Counted from the stretch's first letter, positions 50,246-62,448 are shown. The stretch is DNA of 64,000 nt from Clostridia bacterium (GCA_045652205.1 JAZRTX010000012.1:605-64604); one strand, 5' to 3'. The notes: generated by a model not told the origin, from the sequence alone. Translations and numbers: made by a program.

Positions 50246-53200
50246 TTATTCAACCTCATCCTCGTCGTCATCAGCAAACTCGTCTTCTTCATCAAAAAGG
50301 TCAAGCTCGCTTTCAAGAGTCAGTTCATCATCGTTAAACATATCCTCTTCGTCCTCTTCAACGCCATCAAGAATGTTAACTTCGTCTTCATCATCAAGAT
50401 CGCCAAGATCAAAGTCATCATCAAGATCGCCAAGTTCTTCGTCTTCTTCATCATCGTCATAGCCGAGCATTGAAAGAAGATCGCCAACGGGAGCATTCTT
50501 TTCTTTTTCTTCAACGTATTCAACAACGTCTCTGTCATCGTCAAGAAGCTCACGCATCTCAACTTCCTTATGTTCTTCCGTTAAGATCTTAACGTCAAGA
50601 GCAAGTGAACGGAGTTCTTCTAAAAGAACCTTAAAGGATTCAGGGATACCGGGTTCAGGAACGTTTTGTCCCTTAACGATGGCCTCGTAAGCCTTAACTC
50701 TGCCTACAACGTCATCGGACTTAATTGTAAGGATTTCCTGAAGGGTGTGGGCTGCACCGTAAGCTTCAAGTGCCCAAACTTCCATTTCACCGAAACGCTG
50801 TCCACCGAACTGGGCTTTACCGCCAAGGGGTTGCTGTGTAACAAGTGAGTAAGGACCTGTTGAACGGGCGTGAATCTTATCGTCAACCATGTGGATAAGT
50901 TTAATCATATACATGCAGCCAACGGTTACTGGGTTATCAAAGGGCTGTCCTGTACGTCCATCGTAAAGGATAGTCTTACCTGTAAACACGTTCTGTGCAT
51001 ATTCTGAAAGTTCAGCCTGTGCCTGTTCTTCCTTCTTGTTCTTGTTTTCAATCTTTTCAAGACCAAAGAGAGGAGCCATATCGCCTAAAATCTTTGCAGT
51101 TGCTACAAAATACTTATCGGCAAGGGCAATTACCTGATCGGCAAGGGCAAACTTATCTTCTACAGTGTTATCATAAGCAAGATCCTTGATTAAAAGGAAT
51201 TCCTTATCATAACTTTCAATATCAATCTTACCGCCATCATAATCAGGCTGATCCTTACCGCGAAGGATTTTGCCCATTTCTAAGAGCTGACCTGCGGTAT
51301 GACCTAATGCGCCGTCAACAACAGGAATTTCTTCTGTTGAACGAAGGCGTGTTGCAAAGGTAAGAAGTGTATCAATTTTTTCTAAGAGCTTTGAAGCAAG
51401 TGAAAGTTTTTCAATATCCGCTTCGTGTGCGCCGTCAAAAACAGGTGTGGCAATTTTAATGCCAAGCTTTTTAGCGGCAATACCAAGGTGAACTTCAAGA
51501 ACCTGACCAACGTTCATACGTGAAGGAACGCCCAAGGGGTTAAGGCAGATCTGAACAGGAGTTCCATCGGGCATAAAGGGCATATCTTCTTCAGGAAGAA
51601 CGCGGGAAATAACACCCTTGTTACCGTGACGGCCTGCCATTTTATCACCGGCGTGAATCTTACGCTTCTGTGCAAGATATACACGAACCATCTTGTTTAC
51701 GCCAGGTGAAAGTTCATCTTTATTTTCGCGGGTGAAGATCTTAATATCAACAACTACGCCGCCTTCACCATGAGGTGCGCGAAGTGATGTATCACGAACT
51801 TCTTTTGCATCGTTTGAGAAGATTGCGTGAAGAAGTCTTTCTTCTGCGGTAACGTCAGTTTCACCCTTAGGTGTAACCTTACCAACAAGAATATCGCCTG
51901 AGTGAACCTCAGCACCGATACGGATAATACCTTCTTCATCAAGGTTGCGAAGCATATCATCGCCAACGTTAGGAATATCGGGTGTGATTTCTTCAGGACC
52001 AAGTTTGGTATCCCTTGCTTCGCACTCGTATTCTTCAATGTGAATAGTTGTGAAGATATCGTCGCGGGCAAGACGCTCAGAAATAAGCATAGCGTCTTCG
52101 TAGTTATAACCGTTCCAGGGCATAAATGCGATAACGATATTTCTACCTAAGGAAAGTTCGCCCTGTGAGGTGGAAGGACCGTCAGCAAGAGTGGTTTTAT
52201 ATTCAACCCTCTGACCCTTTTTAACGATGGGAACCTGATTGATGCAAGTACCCTGGTTTGAACGGCGGTATTTTAATAATTCATAAGTTTCGGTTTCACC
52301 GTCATCGTGCTTAACGATAACCTTATCAGCGTCAACGTATTCAACAACACCGGGTCCCTTTGAAAGTACGGAAACACCGCTGTCACGAGCTGCCTTATAT
52401 TCAATACCTGTACCAACGATAGGAGCTTCGGTTCTTAAAAGCGGAACTGCCTGACGCTGCATGTTTGCACCCATGAGAGCACGGGAAGCGTCGTCGTTTT
52501 CAAGGAAAGGTATCATAGCGGTAGCAACTGATACTACCTGCTTAGGTGAAACGTCAATATAGTCAACGTCATAAATTGAAACACGGATAAATTCATCTTT
52601 ATTACGTGCAGAAACAACGTCGTTTACAAAATGTCCGTCTGCATCAACAGGTTCGTTAGCCTGTGCGATGATATAACGGTCTTCATCGTCAGCAGCAAGG
52701 TAAACAACCTCATTTGTAACAACGCCCTTTTCCTTATCAACCTTACGGTAAGGTGCTTCCATAAAGCCGTATTCGTTAATACGCGCATAGGTTGCAAGTG
52801 AACCGATAAGACCGATGTTCTTACCTTCGGGTGTTTCAATGGGACACATTCTGCCGTAGTGTGAATGGTGAACGTCACGAACCTCAAATGAGGGACGATC
52901 ACGGTTAAGACCGCCGGGACCTAACGCTGAAAGACGGCGTTTATGGGTAAGCTCAGCAAGGGGGTTATTCTGGTCCATAAACTGTGAAAGCTGTGATGAA
53001 CCGAAGAATTCCCTGATAACTGCACTTACAGGGCGGATATTTATGAGTGATGCGGGAGAAACGCTGTCAAGACTCTGGCTTGTCATTCTCTCGCGGATAA
53101 CACGTTCCATTCTTGAAAGACCAACGCGAAGCTGATTCTGTAAAAGTTCACCAACGCAACGAACACGACGGTTACCAAGGTGGTCAATATCGTCAAGTTC

Positions 53201-54499
53201 GCCATGGCCTTCAAAAAGTGTAAGCATATAGTTAATGCTTGCAACGATATCTGACATATAAAGATGCTCAGGGGAAAGCTCTTCCATATCAGCAACAAGG
53301 CGTGCTTTAATCTGCTCGTCAGTTGAACATTCTGAAAGAATCTTCATTAAAGAATCATAATGAACATATTCTTTAATGCCAACTTCTTTGGGATCAAAGT
53401 TAAGATATGCCTTGGGGTCAACAAATCCGTTGGACATAACGCGAACAGTTTTAACTGTTTCTTCACCTGCTTCGTTCTTTAAAACGATGTTAAGGTTTAC
53501 AAGCATTACGCCTGCGTTCTGGATTTCAAAAGCCTTTTCAGAAGTAATTACGTTGCCTTTTTCAAGCAATACTTCGCCATCAGGTGAAATAATATCTTCT
53601 GCAGCAACCTTTCCTTCAATTCTTGAAGCAAGTGCAAGCTTTTTGTTGAACTTATAACGACCAACGCGTGCAAGGTCATAATGACGGCTTTCAAAGAAGC
53701 TTGAAGTAAGCCTGTCACGCATAATCTTTTCTTCAGCGTTTTCACCTGGGCGGATACGCTTGTACATTTCGGTAAGACCGTCAAGCTCGTTGAAGATATT
53801 GTTCTGATGATCGTGTTCAATAGTTCTCTTTAAAACATCGCTTTCGCCTAAAAGCTCAATAATCTGCTCATCCGTGCCAAATCCAAGGCCACGAAGAAGG
53901 GCAGTAATAGAAACCTTACGGCTTCTGTCAACCTTAACGGTGAAAACGTCAGAGTTATCAATTTCAAATTCCATCCAGGCACCCCTGTTAGGAATAAGGG
54001 TTGCTGAATATTGGAACTTACCTGCCTGCTTATCATCTGCATAATAGCAACCGGGTGAACGAACAAGCTGTGAAGCAACAACACGTTCAGCACCGTTTAT
54101 AATAAACGTGCCGGTAGGCGTCATAAGCGGGAATTCACCCATGAAAACGTCCTGTTCTAAAATTTCACGAACAGTACCGTCCTCGTTTTTAATTGTAAGA
54201 CGAACCTTTACGCGCATAGGTGCGGCGTAAGTTACGTCACGGTCCTTGCACTCCTCAATGGAATACTTGGGTGTATTCTCTATGTAGCAGTCAAGAAACT
54301 CTAAACTCATTGCACCTGAGAAATCGTCAATTGGTGAAAAATCCCTTACGATAGGACCAAGTTCTTCCTTAACAAACTTGTTGTAGGAATTCTTCTGGAT
54401 CTCAATCAGGTCGGGCATTTCCAATGCGGCATCAATCTGTGCAAAAGATAATCTGTCTTCCTTTGCGGTTTCTGCTACGTTTAATACCTTATGAAGCAT
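50246..54499 (-). CDS. rpoB: RNA polymerase beta subunit with large insertion and acidic tail
   Basis: [30 protein letters not shown]. Confidence 0.99.
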   Translation of the reverse strand: MLHKVLNVAETAKEDRLSFAQIDAALEMPDLIEIQKNSYNKFVKEELGPIVRDFSPIDDFSGAMSLEFLDCYIENTPKYSIEECKDRDVTYAAPMRVKVRLTIKNEDGTVREILEQDVFMGEFPLMTPTGTFIINGAERVVASQLVRSPGCYYADDKQAGKFQYSATLIPNRGAWMEFEIDNSDVFTVKVDRSRKVSITALLRGLGFGTDEQIIELLGESDVLKRTIEHDHQNNIFNELDGLTEMYKRIRPGENAEEKIMRDRLTSSFFESRHYDLARVGRYKFNKKLALASRIEGKVAAEDIISPDGEVLLEKGNVITSEKAFEIQNAGVMLVNLNIVLKNEAGEETVKTVRVMSNGFVDPKAYLNFDPKEVGIKEYVHYDSLMKILSECSTDEQIKARLVADMEELSPEHLYMSDIVASINYMLTLFEGHGELDDIDHLGNRRVRCVGELLQNQLRVGLSRMERVIRERMTSQSLDSVSPASLINIRPVSAVIREFFGSSQLSQFMDQNNPLAELTHKRRLSALGPGGLNRDRPSFEVRDVHHSHYGRMCPIETPEGKNIGLIGSLATYARINEYGFMEAPYRKVDKEKGVVTNEVVYLAADDEDRYIIAQANEPVDADGHFVNDVVSARNKDEFIRVSIYDVDYIDVSPKQVVSVATAMIPFLENDDASRALMGANMQRQAVPLLRTEAPIVGTGIEYKAARDSGVSVLSKGPGVVEYVDADKVIVKHDDGETETYELLKYRRSNQGTCINQVPIVKKGQRVEYKTTLADGPSTSQGELSLGRNIVIAFMPWNGYNYEDAMLISERLARDDIFTTIHIEEYECEARDTKLGPEEITPDIPNVGDDMLRNLDEEGIIRIGAEVHSGDILVGKVTPKGETDVTAEERLLHAIFSNDAKEVRDTSLRAPHGEGGVVVDIKIFTRENKDELSPGVNKMVRVYLAQKRKIHAGDKMAGRHGNKGVISRVLPEEDMPFMPDGTPVQICLNPLGVPSRMNVGQVLEVHLGIAAKKLGIKIATPVFDGAHEADIEKLSLASKLLEKIDTLLTFATRLRSTEEIPVVDGALGHTAGQLLEMGKILRGKDQPDYDGGKIDIESYDKEFLLIKDLAYDNTVEDKFALADQVIALADKYFVATAKILGDMAPLFGLEKIENKNKKEEQAQAELSEYAQNVFTGKTILYDGRTGQPFDNPVTVGCMYMIKLIHMVDDKIHARSTGPYSLVTQQPLGGKAQFGGQRFGEMEVWALEAYGAAHTLQEILTIKSDDVVGRVKAYEAIVKGQNVPEPGIPESFKVLLEELRSLALDVKILTEEHKEVEMRELLDDDRDVVEYVEEKEKNAPVGDLLSMLGYDDDEEDEELGDLDDDFDLGDLDDEDEVNILDGVEEDEEDMFNDDELTLESELDLFDEEDEFADDDEDEVE

Positions 54500-54813
54500 A
54501 CTTTCACTCTCCTAATCTTGATAGTTGTAGGATAAACCAAAACGCTTAAAAACCCCTTATTTTCAGGCGTTTAGGGGACAAAATGCCCTTACCCACAAAA
54601 TTTGTGCGCAATTTACCCCATAATACAGTTTTATACAATTGTCAAGTTTAACAGAAAAGTCAATACTTGTCAAGGATTTTTTGGGTATTTTTTTATCGTT
54701 TTTAATAGAATTTTTGGGGCTATCTATATGTAGTATGGGCAGAATATTAAAACACACAAATCGCCAAAAATAAAAAAGCGGAAAACTAATTTTCCGCTTT
54801 ATTTTTATAATCA

Positions 54814-55986
54814 TTATATCCATTTTTTCCTGTTTGGATCAAGCACGATATTGGTTTTACCGTAAAGTGCATTCTGAAGTTTTTGTGCCGCAAGGGGATA
54901 ATCCACCTTCCAGTACCAAGCACCATCATCAGAATTGGTAAAGCCTGTGGCACAACCATTATCAGGCAACGTTATCTGCTTGATATCATATTTAAGCCAA
55001 CCTTCTGTAACCGCAGTTACTGCATAGGCTAAAATATTTTCAGCCGTAAGACCTGTACGAACGTAAGGAATAACCGCCTGCGCCAAAGGAACTATCTGAC
55101 TTGCTGAACTGTTTTTAATATTGTTCATAAGGGTCATAATAACCTGTTGTTGCCTGCCAACACGGGCAGTATCACCGCCTGCGGTACCTTTACGGATACG
55201 CATATAGGTTAATGCGTGGTAGCCATCAACTTTCAACTTGCCACCGCTTGCAGGAATCTTCCAGCCAATTGAACGAAGATACGTTGCTTCATCCTTGGTT
55301 ACGTTGATTTCAACGCCACCCATAGCGTTTATTGCTTTAGGAAGTGATGCAAAGTTCAAAATAACGTAGTTATCAATAACTACCTTATAATAGCGTTCAA
55401 TCATTTCAACCTGTTTGGCAGGGCCTGAATAACTTAAAGCGTGATGGAATTTTGTGTATCTTCCTTTGTTGCCTGTTATAATGTAGCTGTACTGATCGCG
55501 CATTAAAGATGCAAGGGTAATTGTTTTTGTACGTTTATTGATTGAAACGATCATCATAGCATCGGCACGACCATTTACGGAAAGATCCTGCGGATTACCG
55601 TATGCATCATTATTTTCCATACCTATTAAAAGAATATTTATAACCTCACTATCCCTTACGGGCGTTCCGTTATTTATCCAGTTTTTAATATTGCTTTGAA
55701 GGTTAGAAAGACTTGATGGCCTTATGGTAGGTGCGTTACTTGAATCAGGGTCGCTTGTTGGGTCAGGTTCGTGAGTTTCGTCAGGAGCCATAGTCTGAAC
55801 AACAATGTTATCAGCATTATTGATATCCTGTCCTTGTGAAGCCTGATAGCCATCGCCATCGGTCATTGAACCGAACACTGCGTTCCAGCCTATCATTAAA
55901 CCGCCTGTAATAACTATCGCAATAGAAAGGGCAACTGCTATTATACGCAGCCACAAGCTTACATTATCACGGGTATCAAAAATCAT
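54814..55986 (-). CDS. LCP (LytR-CpsA-Psr) family phosphotransferase
   Basis: N-terminal TM, NILLIG, GRADAMMI, SLMRD, YMRIR, DTARVGRQQ. Confidence 0.92.
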   Translation of the reverse strand: MIFDTRDNVSLWLRIIAVALSIAIVITGGLMIGWNAVFGSMTDGDGYQASQGQDINNADNIVVQTMAPDETHEPDPTSDPDSSNAPTIRPSSLSNLQSNIKNWINNGTPVRDSEVINILLIGMENNDAYGNPQDLSVNGRADAMMIVSINKRTKTITLASLMRDQYSYIITGNKGRYTKFHHALSYSGPAKQVEMIERYYKVVIDNYVILNFASLPKAINAMGGVEINVTKDEATYLRSIGWKIPASGGKLKVDGYHALTYMRIRKGTAGGDTARVGRQQQVIMTLMNNIKNSSASQIVPLAQAVIPYVRTGLTAENILAYAVTAVTEGWLKYDIKQITLPDNGCATGFTNSDDGAWYWKVDYPLAAQKLQNALYGKTNIVLDPNRKKWI

Positions 55987-56140
55987 AAGCTATACCTTCC
56001 TTTCAGTTTAAATTTATTACATTATACACCATTTTTTTATACTTGTATACTCTTTTTATTAAAAAAGTATTACGTTATCCGTTTTTTTACTTATTGACTA
56101 TTCCTTAGCTTTGTGATAATATCAGTTTGTGAGGTATATT

Positions 56141-57064
56141 ATGGATAGAAAAATTACTGTTCTTGTGGCAACACACAATAGTGAAAAGTACATACGCGCT
56201 CAGCTTGACAGCCTTATAAATCAAACGTTTAAGGATAGTATGTCCATTTTAATTTCTGATGATGCGTCAAGGGATTCAACTGTAAATATTGTTGGCGAAT
56301 ACATAAAAAAATACCCGTTTATTTCGTTAATAAAAAGCGAAGCGCCCTTAAAAAGTCCGCAGGCTAATTTTTGGTTTTTATTAAAAAACGCACCAAAGGC
56401 AGAATATTATATGTTCTGCGACCATGATGACGTCTGGTTAAAAGACAAAATCGCAAAAACCTTTTTGAAAATGCAGGAAGTTGAAAACGGAAAGCCTGCC
56501 CTTGTTCACAGCGATTTGTTTGTTGTTGACAGTAATCTTAATACCATTTCAGATTCAATGTTTTTATCCCAAGGTCTTAATAAAAATCCCGATTTAAGAA
56601 ATGCTCTTGTTCAAAGCAGTGTTACAGGCTGCACAATGATGATAAATAACGCTTTAAGGGAAATTGCAATTAAGAAAACAAACACCGAAAATATGATAAT
56701 GCACGATTGGTATTTAACTATTCTTGCTTTAATCTTTGGCAACGTTGGTTTTGTAGATGAGCCTTTAATATTATACCGTCAGCACGGAAATAATGAGGTT
56801 GGCGCAAAAAACACAAAGAGTTTAGGTTACATTTTTAATAAAGCGTTACAGTTAAAAAAGAACAAGGAAAGCATCAAAAACACCTATTTACAGGCAAAGG
56901 ATATTTTTGATAATTTCAACGATAATACCGAAAAATTTAATTTGGTAAAAGCCTATGCCGATAATCTTAACAAAAACAAAATTAAAAGAATTTTTTCTGC
57001 CTTTAAATTTGGCTTTTGGAAAAACACTTTTTTAAGAAAGCTTGGGCAAATAATTTTTATGTAA
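56141..57064 (+). CDS. GT2 glycosyltransferase (rhamnosyltransferase-like)
   Basis: ATHNSEKYI, ISDDAS, FCDHDDVW, VTGCT, MHDW, YRQH. Confidence 0.9.
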   Translation: MDRKITVLVATHNSEKYIRAQLDSLINQTFKDSMSILISDDASRDSTVNIVGEYIKKYPFISLIKSEAPLKSPQANFWFLLKNAPKAEYYMFCDHDDVWLKDKIAKTFLKMQEVENGKPALVHSDLFVVDSNLNTISDSMFLSQGLNKNPDLRNALVQSSVTGCTMMINNALREIAIKKTNTENMIMHDWYLTILALIFGNVGFVDEPLILYRQHGNNEVGAKNTKSLGYIFNKALQLKKNKESIKNTYLQAKDIFDNFNDNTEKFNLVKAYADNLNKNKIKRIFSAFKFGFWKNTFLRKLGQIIFM

Positions 57065-57100
57065 AAAACGAGATGAATATTCATCTCGCTTTTAATATTT

Positions 57101-58147
57101 TTATTCTTCAAAAGTAAAACTTTCCCAAGGAATATTTACTTCTTTTTTATCTGCTATAATTTCATTTATATGCATAAGCAACGGAAACTCACTAAGATTA
57201 ACAATGCCTTTTTGAGCTTTCACTTTAAGTGCCTTTGCAACACGCTGAGCAACAACAAGGGATTCAAGGGTAACGCCGTTAAGTTCCGCCTTGGCTTCAT
57301 CAATATTTTTTCCGCGGCCAAGAAGAATACCTACAAGGCGTGTTCTTCCGCCATACACCGTTACGTACAGATCACCTGCACCTAAAACAAGATTGTTAAA
57401 ATCCTTTGCACCCTGCATCTGCAACAGTTTATTCATTTCCCTTACCGATTGCCCAAAAACTGCCGCCTGTGAATTAAAATGAAGTTCGCTATCAAGCCCG
57501 AATTCCTTTTGATTTATTCCTATGGTAAGTGCAATACCTAAGGCAAAACCGTTTTTTAATGCTACTGCACTTTCTACGCCAACGATATCTGTAGATAAGC
57601 TGATATGATAATAGCTTGTTGCCATAGCACTTTTAATCATTTTAAGCACTTCTTTATCTTTGCCGCAGAACGTAACTTCCGTTTGGTCGTGGGCAACAAG
57701 TTCATAACTTGTGCAAGGTCCACCAATAGCATTAAGGGGTATTTTTTTGCCTAACTGATCTAATTTTCCCTGCCAGATATCAAGATACGTAATAAGATCG
57801 CCTTCGCTTGTATCCATAAGGCCTTTTGTTACAGATATAACGGGAACATTTTCATGTAAAACAGGTAAAATTTCATCCCTGAACCAATCCACGCCAAAAC
57901 TACTTACACCGCAGATAATAAAATCGGCTTCCTTAATGGCTTCAGTTACTTCCTCTATCTGATAATATGATATACCTTGGGGAAAATCCTTTTCAAACTT
58001 AGGATGGCGATTTGTTTTTTTGCAACAATCAATAATCTCCCTATCAAGATGTGTACCAACAATATGCACGTCGTTACCGTTTTCCCTTGCAGGAAACGCC
58101 AACGCTGAACCCATCATTCCGGCACCAATAATGACAATTTTTTTCAT
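57101..58147 (-). CDS. gpsA: NAD(P)H-dependent glycerol-3-phosphate dehydrogenase family protein
   Basis: IGAGMMGSA, VTKGL, GVESAVALKN, GDLYVT. Confidence 0.75.
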   Translation of the reverse strand: MKKIVIIGAGMMGSALAFPARENGNDVHIVGTHLDREIIDCCKKTNRHPKFEKDFPQGISYYQIEEVTEAIKEADFIICGVSSFGVDWFRDEILPVLHENVPVISVTKGLMDTSEGDLITYLDIWQGKLDQLGKKIPLNAIGGPCTSYELVAHDQTEVTFCGKDKEVLKMIKSAMATSYYHISLSTDIVGVESAVALKNGFALGIALTIGINQKEFGLDSELHFNSQAAVFGQSVREMNKLLQMQGAKDFNNLVLGAGDLYVTVYGGRTRLVGILLGRGKNIDEAKAELNGVTLESLVVAQRVAKALKVKAQKGIVNLSEFPLLMHINEIIADKKEVNIPWESFTFEE

Positions 58148-58232
58148 TTTGACAGACCTCTTTTTATGTGATATATTATAAATTATATTGTTTTTTTATT
58201 CGCTTGTCAACACAAATAGAAGGAGCTTTTTT

Positions 58233-59390
58233 ATGGCAAAACATCAACAAGTTTTTGAAATTATAGATTCCCTTACCCCCGAATTTATTAAGTTCTGGGA
58301 AGACGTAGGTAACCTTGAAAGCCCTACCAATTATAAGGAAGGCGTTGACAAGGTTGGCAATTATTTTTTAGCTTACGCTGAAAAAGAAGGTTGGGAAACC
58401 GAAGTTTTTAAGCACGATATTGTAGGCAACGTTGTTTGTATTACAATGAACGCTTCTGTTAATGCTCAGCCCATCACTCTTTCAGGACACATGGATACGG
58501 CACACAAAGTAGGCTCATTTGGCAACCCTGCGGTTAAAATTGACGAAAACAATATTTACGGTCCAGGTGTTATGGATTGTAAAGGCGGTTTGGTTGCGGC
58601 GGTTTTGGCTATGAAAGCTTTAAAAGAGAACGGTTTTACTGCCCGCCCTGTTCGTTTACTCTTACAAAGTGATGAAGAAAACGTAAGTGCTTACTCTAAC
58701 AAAGCAACCATAAATTACATTTGTAATAAAGCTTCTGATTCTATTGCATTTTTAAACTGCGAAAGCACAAGAAAAAATTCTGCGGTTTTATGGCGCAAAG
58801 GTTGTTTAAGATATAAGGTAACGGTTACAGGTAAATCCATTCACGGCTCACGCTGTGCAGAAGGTGGCGTAAGCGCCGTTCAGGAAGCCTGTTATAAAAT
58901 TATTAAGCTTGAAGAATATCCTAAAGCGGTTGACGGTCTTTCTTTTAACTGCGGTATTATTAACGGCGGTGTTTTAGCAAACACAGTTCCTGATTTATGC
59001 GTGTTTAATGCAGAAATCCGTTTTTCTTCGCAAAAGCAATTAGAAGAAGGTCAAAAGATTTTAGATGATATTTTAGGCACAACCCATTTACAAGGCACAA
59101 CAACCGCTTGGGAGGTTGAATCCTACTGTCCCAGTATGGAAAAATCACAAAAGAATTTTGATTTGCTTGATAAAATCAACGAAATTTACGCTAAATGCCA
59201 TATGCCCCAATTAAAAGCAAGGCAAAGCTTAGGCGGTTCTGATGCGGCAGCAGTTACCGTTGCAGGAATTCCTTGTGTAGATGCTATCGGTGTTGCAGGT
59301 GACTTTATTCACACACCTAACGAATACGCTACTCTTTCTTCCCTGCCTGAAGCGGCAAAGCGTGTTGCGGCGGTTTGCATTTATATTTAA
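58233..59390 (+). CDS. M20 family metallopeptidase (glutamate carboxypeptidase-like)
   Basis: GHMDT, GPGVMDCKGG, DEE, GGSD, HTPNE. Confidence 0.9.
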   Translation: MAKHQQVFEIIDSLTPEFIKFWEDVGNLESPTNYKEGVDKVGNYFLAYAEKEGWETEVFKHDIVGNVVCITMNASVNAQPITLSGHMDTAHKVGSFGNPAVKIDENNIYGPGVMDCKGGLVAAVLAMKALKENGFTARPVRLLLQSDEENVSAYSNKATINYICNKASDSIAFLNCESTRKNSAVLWRKGCLRYKVTVTGKSIHGSRCAEGGVSAVQEACYKIIKLEEYPKAVDGLSFNCGIINGGVLANTVPDLCVFNAEIRFSSQKQLEEGQKILDDILGTTHLQGTTTAWEVESYCPSMEKSQKNFDLLDKINEIYAKCHMPQLKARQSLGGSDAAAVTVAGIPCVDAIGVAGDFIHTPNEYATLSSLPEAAKRVAAVCIYI

Positions 59391-59421
59391 AAAAAGAAAA
59401 ACGGAAAGTTTAACTTTCCGT

Positions 59422-60291
59422 TTATTTTTTTACTGTAATTATTACTATACTGGCGCCGATTACAAGGATTGACCCGATTATTACGGGAATACTCATAGGT
59501 TCTAAGAACACTATTGCGCCAACGATGACGCTTGTTGCAGGTTCAACAGAACTTAAAATACTTGCCTTTTCCCCACCGATAATAAACGCGCCTTGCTGAA
59601 ATAAAACCACTGCCCCTGTTGTAACAAGGTTAGCAAACAATAAGCACAACAGCCAGCCGTTCAACGTTGAAGGCAACATAATGGTGTTAGTACAAATACC
59701 GATTGCAAAGGTAAAAATACTGCTTGCCAAGGCAATATAAAAACTGAACAAAAAGCCTGTACCCATTTTTTCTTTAAAAAAGGAAAGGGATAAAACGTAA
59801 GATGCAAAAAGCACCCCTGAGCCTAATGCCAGAATACTTCCTAAAAGATCGGGAATCTGACCTGGGGTATAAAAACAACTTATACCTGTAATACACAAAA
59901 TTACGCCTAAGATATTGCCTAATTTTGCTTTTTTTCTAAAAATTAAAAGTTCGCAAACCACAACCACCGCAGGATAGATAAAGTGAAAAACCGTGGCAGT
60001 GCCGGACGCCAGATACTGATATGAACTGAACAGTAAAATGGGCGTTATGGTGCAACCAAGAAATGAGACAAGGCTTATTGGCGGAAACACTTTAAGTGGT
60101 ACTTTTAATGTTTTATCGTTAATTAAAGCAAGAACCGCAAGCGACGGCAAAGCCAAAAAGTTACGTAAAAAAACAAGCGTTAAGGGATTAACGCCGTCAG
60201 CATAAATATACTTTGCCATTAAGGGCATACAGCCATAAATAACTGCGCTGATAAGCACAAATATATATCCTTTTGCCTGTTGTTTGTTCAT
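59422..60291 (-). CDS. DMT/EamA family transporter
   Basis: About 10 TM segments, FLRN, FIYP, SSVEP. Confidence 0.9.
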   Translation of the reverse strand: MNKQQAKGYIFVLISAVIYGCMPLMAKYIYADGVNPLTLVFLRNFLALPSLAVLALINDKTLKVPLKVFPPISLVSFLGCTITPILLFSSYQYLASGTATVFHFIYPAVVVVCELLIFRKKAKLGNILGVILCITGISCFYTPGQIPDLLGSILALGSGVLFASYVLSLSFFKEKMGTGFLFSFYIALASSIFTFAIGICTNTIMLPSTLNGWLLCLLFANLVTTGAVVLFQQGAFIIGGEKASILSSVEPATSVIVGAIVFLEPMSIPVIIGSILVIGASIVIITVKK

Positions 60292-60383
60292 AGCTTTTCA
60301 CCTTTTTTCAAAGTATCATAATTATAGCACAATTTAAAAAAAGCGCAACAAAAATGCCCAACTATTTCTGTTGGGCAATTTTT

Positions 60384-61814
60384 TTATTGTTTTTTCTTTT
60401 TAATGATAACTGTAGTTGCCGTTGTTGCCGCAATTAAAACTGCCGCGCCCATTGGAACAAAATATCCCCAATGCATTTTATTTTCTTCCTGTTTTGCTTC
60501 TTGTGTTGGCAAAGGAGTATTTGTTAAGTTTTCCCCGGGATTACTTGTTGCAGTATTTATTACGGGTGTATCAGGCGATTCAGTGTTTTGCGGTTCACCC
60601 GTTGCCGTTGCACCTGCGGTTGCGGTTGTGTTTTCTGTTGTGCCGTTTGTTGCCTTTGGTGTTGCACTTGGTTTAGTTGTAGGCTTATTGGTTGGTGCAT
60701 TCGTTTGCGGTACAGTGCCGTTTTTTAAATAATTATCAAGCACCTGATAAAGTTTTTCCGATGCAGTATCGTGGGCTGATGGTGCAGGATGTAAATCATC
60801 ACTGCCTGCGGGAATTTTCCAAAGAGAAGAATCAATTAAAATAACTTTACTGTTATTTATCATTGAAACAACCTGCCTTATCTCGTTTGCCTTCGTTGTA
60901 TTAAACGGGGTCATAACAAAAATTGTTACCCCTGAATACGTATTACGTAGTTTATTGATAAAATTAACGTATGCAGTTTTAAAGGTTGTATCATCTGTTC
61001 TTGAATCGTTTGTACCTAAATTTATTACAATATAATCGGGCTTATATTTAGTGGTATCCCAGTTTTTTATACTTAAGCTTATTGCCTTGCTTGTATCGGT
61101 TGCCTTGATATGTTCGCGTTCTTTAAAATATCTTTCGGGCATTGAAAGCCAGTCGTTATTTGCACTTGTACTTCCCTTACCTACTGCAATACCGCCAAAA
61201 GCAACGATATTAAAGCCAAAGTTATAGTTTTTATTAAGCTTTTGTCCTGTTTTATATGCAAAGGAATGTAAAACCGAGTTATTGTTTGCAATACCCGTAT
61301 CTGCGTTATCTGCGCTGGTGCAGTAGCCTTCTGTTATAGAATCGCCTATAAATTCAATATTTTTTACGTTACCAACAGGCAACGTTTTTGCACCTTTATC
61401 AATTTTAAAGCCTTTAATGATTGGGCGGTGTTCCTGGGCAATAGCAAAAATCTTTACACTGTGTTCCCCATTTGAAAGATTTTTTACAACGTATGAAAGT
61501 GTGTTTTTTGTAAAGCTTTTGCTGATTACGTTTCCGCCATCAACCTGAACGTAGGTCCAAGATTTATCAATATTTACCTGCAAGAAAGTGCCTGTAAACT
61601 TAATTTCAACGTAGCTTTCAAAGGAAGCCTGCTTGCTACCGTCATCTAAATCAACCCATCTGCCTGACCAATTGATATTTTTATCTGTTAAAGGAACAAT
61701 GCCATCAAAATAGGTGTTGCCTTGAGCCATAACCGTATCTCCTTTAATATTCATAACGCTTAATGCGGATATCGTTAATACTGCCACAACAAAAAACCAG
61801 AATATCTTTTTCAC
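60384..61814 (-). CDS. Surface-anchored SGNH esterase (CE2-like)
   Basis: WSGRW, FIGDSITEG, NLGTND, DLHP; Thr/Pro linker, C-terminal TM and KKKK. Confidence 0.85.
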   Translation of the reverse strand: MKKIFWFFVVAVLTISALSVMNIKGDTVMAQGNTYFDGIVPLTDKNINWSGRWVDLDDGSKQASFESYVEIKFTGTFLQVNIDKSWTYVQVDGGNVISKSFTKNTLSYVVKNLSNGEHSVKIFAIAQEHRPIIKGFKIDKGAKTLPVGNVKNIEFIGDSITEGYCTSADNADTGIANNNSVLHSFAYKTGQKLNKNYNFGFNIVAFGGIAVGKGSTSANNDWLSMPERYFKEREHIKATDTSKAISLSIKNWDTTKYKPDYIVINLGTNDSRTDDTTFKTAYVNFINKLRNTYSGVTIFVMTPFNTTKANEIRQVVSMINNSKVILIDSSLWKIPAGSDDLHPAPSAHDTASEKLYQVLDNYLKNGTVPQTNAPTNKPTTKPSATPKATNGTTENTTATAGATATGEPQNTESPDTPVINTATSNPGENLTNTPLPTQEAKQEENKMHWGYFVPMGAAVLIAATTATTVIIKKKKQ

Positions 61815-61932
61815 TTTTTTACCTTCTTTTAATTAAAACACTATCAAATATTATACTTATTGACCATTTCAAAGTCAATACCAAAAAAACAAAAAAAGAA
61901 GATGCTTTTTTGCATCTTCTTTAATAATTAAA

Positions 61933-62448
61933 TTAGTCAACAAGCTCTAAGATAACCTTTTCTGCTGCGTCACCGCGGCGGGGGCCCATCTTAATGATTC
62001 TTGTGTAGCCGCCACCCTGACCTTTTTCTTCAGCGCGCTTTGCATACTTAGGAGCAAGCTCCTCAAAAATCTTTGTAATAACGGGATGTTTGTTACCTTC
62101 AACGCGAACCTTGTAAACTGCCTTCTTTTCGCCTGCTTCGCGAGCGATTTCTCTTTCATAGAGATATGCCATCATCTTGCGACGAGCATTAAGACGGTCA
62201 GGACCATCGTTCTTAACTTCGGTATCAACCTTCTGTCCCTTATCGTTAAGCTTTGACTTTGTAACTGTGATAACATCTTCATAGGTTTTGATGCCCATGG
62301 TGATGATCTTTTCAGCCTGTTTACGAACTTCCTTAGCGCGAGCTTCGGTTGTTTCAATACGGCCATACCATAAGAGATCGGTAGTAAGACCGCGAACAAC
62401 AGCAACACGCTGATCGGTAGGTCTGTTAAGCTTTCTGTTACCGGCCAT
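61933..62448 (-). CDS. rplQ: 50S ribosomal protein L17 (extended)
   Basis: [27 protein letters not shown]. Confidence 0.96.
   Translation of the reverse strand: MAGNRKLNRPTDQRVAVVRGLTTDLLWYGRIETTEARAKEVRKQAEKIITMGIKTYEDVITVTKSKLNDKGQKVDTEVKNDGPDRLNARRKMMAYLYEREIAREAGEKKAVYKVRVEGNKHPVITKIFEELAPKYAKRAEEKGQGGGYTRIIKMGPRRGDAAEKVILELVD

Noticed and set aside
50981-51412. Intein in RpoB
   Set aside because: No Cys/Ser start, no His-Asn end followed by C/S/T, no LAGLIDADG motif
52810-53010. Rifampicin-resistance substitutions in RpoB
   Set aside because: Cluster I reads as the sensitive consensus; the PEGKNIGLI change is not at a position I know as a resistance site
54563-54823. 86-aa ORF upstream of rpoB
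   Set aside because: Runs through the LCP terminator and the rpoB promoter region; not protein-like
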